A stretch of DNA of 64,000 nt from Paraspadella gotoi (taxonomy: Eukaryota; Animalia; Chaetognatha): NCBI GenBank assembly GCA_051294375.1, contig CM119264.1:8926764-8990763 (forward strand). Direction: 5' to 3'. A program made the position numbers and the translations under genes. Numbering within the stretch: the stretch's first letter is position 1; the number at the start of each line of letters is the position of its first letter. The notes below the pieces were generated by a model. The model made no database searches and had not been told where the DNA came from. It worked only from the letters and a program-made list of their open reading frames with translations. Positions 53,474-64,000 of this stretch are shown here, piece by piece.

Positions 53474-53714
53474 CCGCCCAAGTTTTTTTGGAATGGATCG
53501 CCGTCGTTGTCGTCGTCATCGTCGTCATCGTCATATCATCGCGTCGGCGGCAAAGGCGGGAAAGGTTGGCCTCGAATCCTCGACTCCGACGCGATGAGGA
53601 TAGAAGGAGGGCGGGAGTTGAAGATATTATAAACTCGAAGGAATTATGCAAAGAAGGAACGACGTGCCCGATGGGGCAAGGAAACATTCCCGGCAAATGA
53701 CCCTAATGGCTCAG

Positions 53715-53797
<83 letters not shown>

Positions 53798-54611
53798 AAT
53801 GTACGATGTGAACCTGGAACCGTGCTCCGGGGGCCTCTTCCCCTCCCATTCGCTCCGCCGCGAACAACAAAAAAAAAAGTGATAAATCGTCTGACCAAAA
53901 ACATTAAAATATTTTACGATCGTCGGTCGCCTCCGTTTCGCGTTCCGAACGTCGTTGTCATGGTCGTCGTTGTTGTCCGCGTCGTGTTTATATCTCCATG
54001 ACGCCGATATGGAAAATTCAAAATGAAGGATGATAAAGAAAAGTCATAAGTCACTGAAGTTTTGTGCCTAATAAGTCCAAAAATAAACTCAATGATTGAC
54101 TCAGGTCTACGTACTGAACAAATGGAAACAGGCCGGTTGTCTGCGATGCCGAGCCCGGCCTGGCATCTCACCTCTTGGCTTTTTCGGGCTTTGGACATTC
54201 AGTGGCTGTGCGAGCAACTGGCGCAGGTACACTACTACTAGTACCGTTTAGCTCTGCCAACCCAGAGGGAAGTCGTTAGGATTTTAGACGGAACGCACCG
54301 CAGGGATGGCGCAGGATTGCATGAGGAAAGTCAGAGGTGAGGCGTTGTGAAATTTCTGTTACACAACGTTTAATGTCCAATATCCTCCGGGTCCTTCGGG
54401 TGACAAGTTTGGTATTCAGTATTATTACTTGCAGTTTTAATTCAACAGCATAAAAACCTTTTAGATCTGCTGAAGTTTTATCAGACTGCGCGTGCATTTG
54501 TGACGCGAATGGGATCTAGATAAGGAAGTTGAGTAGGCATAATCTCGAGGAAGGGAATCCCATAGAGTATATGATAAAGTCATAAAAACGTAACTGGAAG
54601 GGGCTGAAGAT

Positions 54612-54709
<98 letters not shown>

Positions 54710-56101
54710 GGAGAAAAGATAGAGAGAGAGAAAGAGGGGAAGGAGAGAGAGAGAAAAAGAGAGAAAGAGAGAAAGAGAAAGTGAGCGTATAGATCTCTAT
54801 CTCCCCATTCGTCGTATAACTTTGGTGCTTCGCTTTTTTATCTTTGAGTTTTTATTGCAGCCTCGGAAACGAAGACCGGAAGCGTTTCTATGGAAACGTC
54901 CATGTTGCTATGTTTTCAGGACAACAAGAGTTAATCCAAATCACAGAATATGTTTGCATTCATTTAAGCTTCTTCTTTAACCAATACTGAAACCTAGGAT
55001 AATTATCAAGAAACTAGGTTAAAAAGGTGTATGATATTATGATATATTGGTAAATAATTCGATAACTAACGAGAGATATTTGATTCACAGAAAAGTGATA
55101 GAAGTTTCAAGCAACTGTTCTTTTTCTTAAATTGTTCACGTGACACTGTGTGAGACTTTGAGACGTCAATTTTGTCTATAATGAGGTTGAAATACTCGGA
55201 CTCTCGTTTTCCATCTATTCAGACTAGAGTGGCGCCCGGGAACGACTTAAGACGAAAGCCCTCGTCGATAACGACCAGGAAAACTGAGTCATAGAGGCCC
55301 CTTCACTTTGATGGCGAAAACATAAACAAGCGGCTCACAACATTCCTGCCTGAGGGGGAAAAAATGACGTGATATCGAACCAACGCATTGTCATCTAGTC
55401 TGGTGAATGGCTTCAATAATGAAATGGCTTCATTTCGGGAGTCGAATCCGATGGCATCGGGAGAAACGCAAAACCGGCCAAGAAAGGCGCCACGTTGGCA
55501 AAAAACAGCCGGCAACTATGTGCCATCCGGGGCGCCTTTTGACCTCTTAACCTCTAAACATTTCGTTCGCTCTCCGACTTTTCGCCCGCTAAGACTTCGA
55601 CGTCTCCGCCCACAATCCCGCGCAGAGACTGACCGACCGACCGACCGACCCAAACGTTGATCTAGATCTTCACCCGATTTTTAGCTTTACTCTTGATTTT
55701 CTTCTTGCTCTTATCTTGCTTTTCTTCAGTGTCCGTATTGATTTCTTTCTGGATCTCCTAACAAGTCTTGCATTTTTACTGTTTTATATATATTATATAT
55801 CATTTTATAGAATATAATATATATTATTATTGCTCTCCTTCTTTTTAACCCTTTTGATCGTCTCCCTCCCAGTATACATAACCCACCTTTTTCTTTCTAG
55901 AGCCATTTTCTTGCTGCTACTTGTCATGCTCACTCTGACGGTTAAATACTGCTAACGTTGAGGAAGGTACTACGTACTCGTAGTTTTCGATTAAAACAAA
56001 AGATAAAGGTAAAGCAAAGTTAAAGTAAACTAACAGGTAATTAAGGCAGAAGGAAAGAGGAAATACACTTGTCAAAAAAATGACGATATGGAACCAGGCG
56101 A

Positions 56102-56157
<56 letters not shown>

Positions 56158-56611
56158 AGAAAATACCGAGAAACATCTGGCGCTCGATTCGCATCCATTC
56201 AATTCAAAGAAAAAAAAGCCGATAAGAGGAAAAATAACGACGACAAAAACAACAACAACAAAAATGAGGAGAGCGGAATTTGTAAGAAAAGAGAAAAAAA
56301 AACGAGAAAAAAAAAAGGACATTTATTTCCTTCTCCCGCCATCTTTCGTTTCCCTTTTCCATCCCTCGGGGGCGACGAGTCAGGGCAGCCGAGAGCGAGA
56401 GAAGGGAAATTGATGTTTGTTTACACCGTCGTCGTCGTCGTCGTCTTCGTTTGTCGTCGTCTTCGTCTTTGTTCGTGTCGTTGACTTTGTTTTGGCCAGT
56501 GTTTCCCCGAGTGTTTCGCCATCAACGAAGGTAGTACCGACTTAAGTGGGCGACTTTCTTCTCTCGTCAGGGCGACGTCGTCCGTTGACTTCCCTAACGA
56601 CGTGTTCTGTA

Positions 56612-56650
<39 letters not shown>

Positions 56651-57363
56651 ATTCCTCCCCTCTTTCGCCGATGTTTGTTTGGATTTTCGCGCCATTTTGA
56701 GCCGCGAGCTCCGCTTAACGCTCCAATAGGTTTGTTTGTCGCGGGGAAACTGAGCATCGACGGAATTTTGATGTGTATGTTTTATCGAGACTTTCCCAAG
56801 TCGAAAAACTCAACTTTTACAAGTTTCGGGGAATTAGTAGTGTTGTTTTTTTTAATTTCTTATGAGAAGGAAAAGAGAGTATGTATAGACAATATTACAA
56901 CAATGACGTTTGACAACGACGACGACAACGATCGAAAAAAAGTGGACAGAAGGTGACTCCGCGTGAAGATTCGATCGAAGGATCACAAAATTGGGTCAGA
57001 GTCACGTGAACTCGAATTTGGATCGGTTCATTTCACCAACTCACGCTATATTCTTGTTCACCGATTCGGTTTTTTGACCTGTGATCATCTTTCTTGAAAT
57101 TTTTTCCTCTACTAGCTATCGTCACCGGAACAACAAGGCAACAATTCAAAGCTCGGTCACCAGCAAATCTTTCCATCCTATCACAACCTGTACTCTATGC
57201 TGACTTCTCTTTATACCTCACTCCCTCTCTATTCTTGCCTCTCTTTAACCGTGACGATCCCCTCCCGCTTTTCACCAAAACCGAAACTCGATTCACGCAC
57301 GCGATTTCCATGTGACCCTAAAAAAACAGCAACACCGAAGAGCGAGGGAGGGAGGGAGGGAGG

Positions 57364-57440
<77 letters not shown>

Positions 57441-59784
57441 CACGTGAGTTCGTGGCGTCGCTTATGAAGGCTTCGGTTGAGTCTCCTTCGACGTAACTTA
57501 GGCAACGCACAAAATCACCATTGCTACTCGTTTCCGTGGCAACGCAGAGAAAAAAACTCTCGGCTCACGTTTTGGGCATTAAGGGTCAGAGAGCATTATG
57601 CAGGCGCCAGGCATTCTGTATGCCGATAAGTGCTAAAGGATATACACAGTGGTTTTTAGAAAGAAACAAAGAAACAAAGAAAGAATGAAAGGAAAAAAGA
57701 AAGAAAGAAAGCAAAAAAAAAAAAAGAAATAGATTTGTTTGTTTCTCAAACGAAGAACGTTCAACATTAGCTGGCAGAGAAGTAGCACTTTCGGTCCTCA
57801 TCCTTCTCTTTCCTCCCTTATTCTTTCCCCTTTTCCTTTCTCTTTCTCCCTTCTTCAAGCAAACAGCGACGGATCCTAACTTTCGTCCCTTTCTATAGTA
57901 AAAGCCTTAAGTCGCGCCCTTTCTCTCCGGACGCGTTACGCTTTGCCTTCGCACGCACTTCCCTCTCAATTAGCACTCCCAACTTCAGACGTTCGTTTAT
58001 ATTTTGCCCGTACTTCGCCTTCACGTCGCACGCTCGATGCATTCAAATTTAACGCATATAAAGGCATACGATTGGTTAACATAGCCAGACCCACATTTCT
58101 CCCTTTAACTTACTTCCCTCTTAAACCCCATCTTCTAAAGTCTCGTGCTTTTCCTCGGCACGCGCTTTGGGCGAAGGCCCTCTCCTCCCATGAGCGAGAC
58201 GCAATAAAAGATTCCCCCATGGAAAGCCGTCCCGCTAAATTTCCTCGGCGCTTCCGGCGCGGTTATCGGCGCCGGTTTTCCGTCCGGCTATCGGCGAAGC
58301 CTCTCGCCTCCGGTATCGGCGAGGTCTTATTGACGCCAAGCACACACGTCTTCATTCTTCTTTCATTCAACATCGCTTTATTTTGGAAGAAAACCCCAGG
58401 GTTTTTTTTTTTCTGAGCGGGTCAATATTTCTTTATTTCTTTCTTTCTTTCTTTTAGTATAATAATAATATATAAAATATATATATATATACATATTTAT
58501 GCATATAAAATCGTCATAAAATAAAGACTTCACATATCTGACGAAAAGAAGCGCGAGGCCTGGCGAACGGTTTAGTATGTAAAGGTTAGAGTACTGATGG
58601 AAGGCGGAAAAAAGGATAGTTTTTAAAGAGAGCACGAAGGAATGAAAGAGAGAGAGAGAGAGAGAGAGAAAGTTTCTTAAGATATTCTTATTCTTAATGG
58701 TCTTTTTTTCTTTTTCATTCTCTCCTCTCAAGCAATCACTATCACAGCTAAAGAAAGACGATGTAAACATGCTCTCCTAAATGGTAGGATAACTAAATAA
58801 ATGAAACGGCGCGACGCGGGAAATAAGAACCAAACAAAAAAAAAAGAAAAAAGAGACTAAAAGAAAAAAAGAAAGAAGAAAAGGATAAAAGAAATAGAAA
58901 GAGCGTTGAAAACTGGTAGTTGCCGAAAAAAAGGAATGATAATTTTAACATTAAAATAAATGAGAAAAGAAGTAAATAAAAGAACGTGAGACTAGGAGGA
59001 TTGTAAAGGAGAGAAATATTTAAAAGTTCATTGAGCTGCGAACGACCTAAAAGAAAAAAAAAAGAAAGGAGTGAAAAGTAAGTCTCCCAACCTCTAATCG
59101 TTTTTTCCCATCGGAACAAAAGAGACTCATCGTGAAACCTACGAAGACAAAAGAATAAAAGAGAGAAAATGAAAAATTTAAAAAAAAAAAAAAAGAAAAA
59201 AAATTACTAGGATTTTTTTTTCTCTCTCTGTTTATAAGCGTGGAACCAACGGTGGCGAAAATTCGTTCTGACGTGAAACAAATCATTAAAACTTGAACCG
59301 ATTGTCACGCGTCAAGGAACGCGTCACATCGCCTTTTCAACGCCAACGGATCGCAGACTGAGCGAACATTTCGTCAATTGAAAAACGAATTATTAAAACA
59401 TTTTATGCCTCTCATCAAAATTACAAAATCAATATTTTTTGGTCAATTTTTTTTTTCTAATCATTGTTTAGTTTTTTGATTTTATCTTTTTTGGTAGAAA
59501 AAAAATTATTTTGCTTGGCAGAGATTCAAAAGTCGTCAGAGGTTTGGTGAGAAGATGAAGGCTCTCTCTCTCTCTCCCTCTCTCTCTCCTCTCTCTCTCT
59601 CTCTCCTCACCTCTGTTTTAAACTTTAGTATTTTCATGGATGAGGTCGTTCCGCAGGGGAAATCTCTTACTGTGAATTTACTTTAAGTTGTCCTTTCCAA
59701 CTCCGTGTTTAAGCTCCGTTGCACGATGTCGTATTTTAACCAGACACTTCCAGTTCCCCCCGCCCCTCCCCTCTCTCTTCTCTC

Positions 59785-59844
<60 letters not shown>

Positions 59845-60339
59845 ATTAAATGGGAGTCATTCATTGCAGGTTTATTGTTTTCCACCCGACAATTGGCGCC
59901 AGCAACAGACGTTGCATGCAACTTGCATCCTCATTCCTCCGGGGGCGCTGCTGCCAGCAACCATTGCCGCTGCTTACTGCTTACTGACCTGCTGCCCCGC
60001 TTCTGCTCCTTTTGCCTCGAAAAGGGAGGGATTACTTTTTATGACAACGAAAGAAGAAGAGAATGAAAGGCGCGGGGCAAAGATGCCGAGATAAGCGGTA
60101 TGGAGGCGTGGTGTAGGGTTTTGAGGGGCGTCGAGAAGAAAGAAAGAGAGAGAGAGATGAGAGAGAGGAGAGAGAGAGAGAGAGAAGAGAGAAGAGAGAG
60201 AGAGAGAGGATAGAGAGAGAGAGAGAGTGTTAAATCAGAGAAAAAACACACAAGGGAAAAAAACACCAAAACCCACCAATAACTATCTAAGGGAAAGTGA
60301 GCGAAGAACAGGGAAAACTGAGAGAGAAGAGAGAGAGGA

Positions 60340-60393
<54 letters not shown>

Positions 60394-60408
60394 GAGAAAG
60401 AAGAGAGA

Positions 60409-60448
<40 letters not shown>

Positions 60449-61713
60449 AGAGAGACAGAGAGAGAGAGAGAAGAGAGAGAGAAGAGAGAGAAGAGAGAGA
60501 GATACTTATCGCTTTCTCTGACCTTCACTGACTTCTCTAGTTTTCGAAAGTTTTTGTTTTGAGTCGAAAACCTCGAGAAAAAAAAGGTTTGAACTTAAGG
60601 GGATAAAAGGCGGACGGGAAAAAAAAAGAATGAAGAGAATGAAGTGTAATATAAGAAGAAAAGTCAAATTAGGCAATATAAGATAATTTATTTCTTCGAT
60701 CTCGGCATCTAAAGATCTTAAACGTGCTTCCTTCTTGTTCATATATTTCATTATTTGTGAATTGGTGATAACCATGCAGTGATTTAGACAGTGACATTGA
60801 CACTGTCTACAAATTTTCGGGAACATGACATGTCGCCTCACCCCAGAATCTTAGAGAAACTCATCGAGCCCGAAGGATGTTATTTTCTCTTATATCGTAA
60901 AGAAGTCAAAGAGTGGAAGACGGTCGGTCGGTCGATGGTGGCGGTGGAGAAGGAATGACCCGAATTGGGGCGCCGACCCAGAGGCTTAGTGGGAGAGGTG
61001 GACGGGAAGAAAAGGAGGAAAAGAGGATGGATGGGGAGAATAGTAGCTCGGGTTGGTGGGAAAAAATGGGACGATTGGTTAATCACTTTGAAGTAAAGTT
61101 AGATTAAAGAACTTCGCGGAGGGAAGGGGTTGAGCGGGAAATGAGGGAGTTTTGGCGGGAAAAAAAAATCTGGAAGGATTTTTGGAAGATCGTTGACTGA
61201 AAGATTTTGGGAAGGCGAAGTCGTTAAAGGAAAAAAAAAAAGATGATGATCTTAAATCTTCGTCGGAGGAGGAAAAAAAAAAAAGAGAATGCGGAGATCG
61301 AGAATAGATTTCGGCGTCGACGGGCGATTCGAGCGCCGTCCTTGGTGAACGAAAAAACATAAGAACATGAGAGCTGATATAATGGAGTGATGGAGGCCTT
61401 AAACCACCAAAGCCTATCCAAAATGAAAATTAAGAAAGAAATATATAAATATGAAATAAAATGATAAAAAAAATTAAAATTTGCTAATATGATAGAAAGT
61501 CGTGTTATTTATTTATTAAATGGCATTATCAAACAGAACATTGTCGCGAGACCGATCCACCCAACCTTTGGGACAAACATTCAACCATCGGAGTCATACT
61601 TAAAATATTTGAACCGGGAAGAAAATCGATTTGGTGATCAAAACTGATATATATATGTCTCTCTCTAACTCTGTTATCCCAATCCCTTTCTTTCTTTTTT
61701 TATTTTAAGCGCT

Positions 61714-61793
<80 letters not shown>

Positions 61794-61911
61794 TCTTCTC
61801 TCGTATCTCCCTTTTCATCCAATTTTCATTACCTCCCTCTGCCTTTCAGCCGTTAGCGTCCTTGTCAAAATCTGATTTATGCGATCCCTGATAAAAATCC
61901 CACGGCTACGA

Positions 61912-62007
<96 letters not shown>

Positions 62008-64000
62008 GAGCGAACGAGCGAGCGTTGAGCGAGGCAGACCGGAGACAGAGAGTTAGTAATAAATAAACTTCATCCAAAGGAGAAATACCTCAACATTCTA
62101 CTCCCTTTTGGCAGCTTTTTTAAAATCAGTAAATAAATATCTCTTTGTTTTTCTTCAAACGAAAATAGAATAAATTTTCAATTCATCTCCTTCCTTTCTT
62201 TCGCAGTACTTTATTTTCCGATGTCATAAATTCAAATTTCCAAATTTGTTTTCCCTACTTCTCCATCATCTCTCTTTCTCTATCTCTCTTTTTCTTTATT
62301 CTCTACCTCCCCAACCCTTTCCCTCTCTCGCTGCTTCAATTTTCGTGTTTTTTCAATTCGATTTTCTTTTAGCCTTTTATTCATTCGTGGTTGTCACCGC
62401 GGCGGTGGTTTTTTCCTATCTCCTCTTCCGCCTCCGCCTCCTCCTCTTCCTTTTCCCCCTCCTCCTCGTGCACCATGAAAAACGCCCCCCCTCTACCGCA
62501 TCGGGGATTGCCATTGTTCTTTTTTTTTAGTCTTTTAACCGATTCCATTGTTGCGCCCTCGTGCGTGAAGATTCCTCATGAGGTTGTGGCCTTTCGCGTT
62601 TCTATGTTTTTTTTTCTTTCGTGAGATATTTTCTTTCGTCAAAATCCAATTTAGGAAAGAAAAAAAAAACCTTGAAAAGCGTTTTTTTTCTCTTTGTATT
62701 CTTTAGTAGTAAATATGTTAAGAGTCACTGATCTTTTCAAGAATAGACAGAGAAAAGCAAGAAACTTCATTAATTTAAAAAAAAAAACGACTGAAGCTTT
62801 GAAACGAATTGAAGTGAAACAATAAAAACACGATTGAAATGAATAAGATTCAAATGACAAGTAGAAAGAAAAGAGTTTGACCGATTTTTTTCGACTTTCA
62901 TGACTTTCAAAAGAATTTTCCTGATTTAATGATACAATTAGTAATCAAATGGATTTAAAGACCTGACACATTAAGTAATAAGAAAACGAAGGAGAAGCAT
63001 ATCAATAAACCTTATCGTGAAGATTTAAATTTGAGCCTTTCAATCGATCGTGACCTTACCCACTCAACTCGTCGCTCAAAAAAAATAGATAAGAAACTCA
63101 CCCGTCAAGACGCCGTTCTTTCTCTCCGGCGGATTCCACGTGACTCGGAACCGCGAGTGGGTAATTTCGCGGAAGGACGCCACCTCCGGTCGCCCGGGGA
63201 GACTCTCGCCCGTGAAGCAGGTCGCCGATGCCCAGGGGCCGTTGCCGAGACCGTTGCGGGCGGCCACCTTGGGATTGATTGATCGATTCAATTATTTCTT
63301 TATAGAGGCCCAACAATTGACTATCCTTTCTTTCCCCCTTCCGAACACTTCGCTTGTCCTAATTGGCTCACCTGGACCAAATAGTTGGTGTAAACCTCCA
63401 AGTCGTGGATGAGATGCTCCTTCGCCTCCACGTTGTTGATGGGCGTCTCGCGAAGGGGGCCTTTAATGGTCTGGAGGGCCTTGTAGCGTACAACGAAGCC
63501 TGGACCGTGTGGAGAAAAAATGGAGGAAGGTATATTGATCGAAAAGAAAAGGTAAAGTCACCAATGAAATAGAAGGGAGAAAGAAATAATAATAATTTGT
63601 TTTTAATTTCATGACTTTATCATTTTTGATTAAGTGTTTGTGGAATTGGTTATAAAAATAAATCGTTCGACGGTATGTATGTATGTACGCTTCAAAAAAC
63701 GAAACATCCAAAAACCTAAAACTCAATATGATGTTGTGAAATCTTTAAATCGACCTCAATTTATTCCTTTTTCTCACGATCCTTTTTTTAAAAACGACTT
63801 ACCCTTGAGCTCTCCGTTGATGCTGTTCAAGGGGGGCGGGTCCCACTTGACGAGGATCTTGGTGGCGCTCGTGTTGGTCGCCCTCATGTGGAGAGGCGGC
63901 GAGGACGGAAGCTCCTCGAGAGTCTTGACGACGGCCGAACCCGTGGAGGGTCGGGATTCGCCGACGTCGTTGACGGCGATCACGCGGAATTGGTACTGGG
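42221..64000 (-). CDS. Ptp99A: Receptor-type protein tyrosine phosphatase, Ptp99A/PTPRG-like (FN3 repeats, TM, active D1, inactive D2); 5' part outside the window
   Basis: FN3 exons at 63803-64000, 63372-63499, 63102-63267, 52534-52715, 52208-52386, 51730-52082 and 51420-51571; TM exon 50755-51068; D1 [57 protein letters not shown]; D2 with VVLDKFG in place of the catalytic Cys; last exon 42826-42221 [13 protein letters not shown]. Small indels in some D1/D2 exons. Confidence 0.92.
42838..42862. other. Assembly gap (25 N)
   Basis: Directly visible. Confidence 0.99.
44777..44847 (+). tRNA. tRNA-Gln(TTG), mirror copy within the palindrome (one G missing from the acceptor stem)
   Basis: Reverse complement of 47318-47389 except GGTGGACC versus GGTGGGACC. 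Confidence 0.6.
47318..47389 (-). tRNA. tRNA-Gln(TTG), intronic in the phosphatase gene
   Basis: 72-nt cloverleaf, one difference from 39677-39748, oligo-T terminator. Confidence 0.95.
54122..54364. mobile_element. Divergent near-full-length member of the structured element family (copy E)
   Basis: ATGGAAACAG...GATGCC..GGCATCTCAC..TTGGCT...GCCAAC..AGAGGGAAGTCGTTAGGA...GTGAGGCG, in the same order as copy B; TSD not evident. Confidence 0.7.
60144..60502. repeat. Degenerate (AG)n tracts in the 10.4-kb phosphatase intron
   Basis: Directly visible; similar tracts near 53383, 53718, 54611, 56104, 57367, 61716 and 61914. Confidence 0.9.

Noticed and set aside
55229-55245. TGGCGCCCG tRNA-Lys primer-binding-site-like motif
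   Set aside because: Short match with no adjacent LTR end or gag/pol.
63102-64000. Separate Sidekick/Dscam-like gene
   Set aside because: These FN3 exons splice in phase to the exon at 52715 and complete an FN3 domain, so they are most simply the phosphatase ectodomain.

Overview
Intron-rich animal (invertebrate) genomic DNA with GC-rich exons, AT-rich introns and many (AG/CT)n microsatellites; most entries in the supplied ORF track are exon fragments or microsatellite artefacts. Genes assembled by hand from splice sites: a single-pass membrane protein (+), a secreted Tyr-rich protein with two ShKT domains (+), a DEG/ENaC channel subunit (+), a very large helical-repeat protein with a C-terminal dynein-stalk/MTBD-like module (-), a three-exon retrotransposon Gag-capsid-like gene that looks domesticated (-), an ITM2/BRICHOS gene (-), and a Ptp99A-type receptor tyrosine phosphatase (-, 5' end outside the window). 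Also present: tRNA-Gln(TTG) genes, an aberrant initiator tRNA-Met, a degenerate tRNA-Ser, a Penelope-like inverted repeat carrying two hammerhead cores, and a dispersed family of highly structured TGTGGC...GCCATA elements with 4-bp target-site duplications. A 6.4-kb fold-back palindrome beside an N-gap is most likely an assembly or amplification artefact. All family assignments come from motif recognition by eye; no searches were run.
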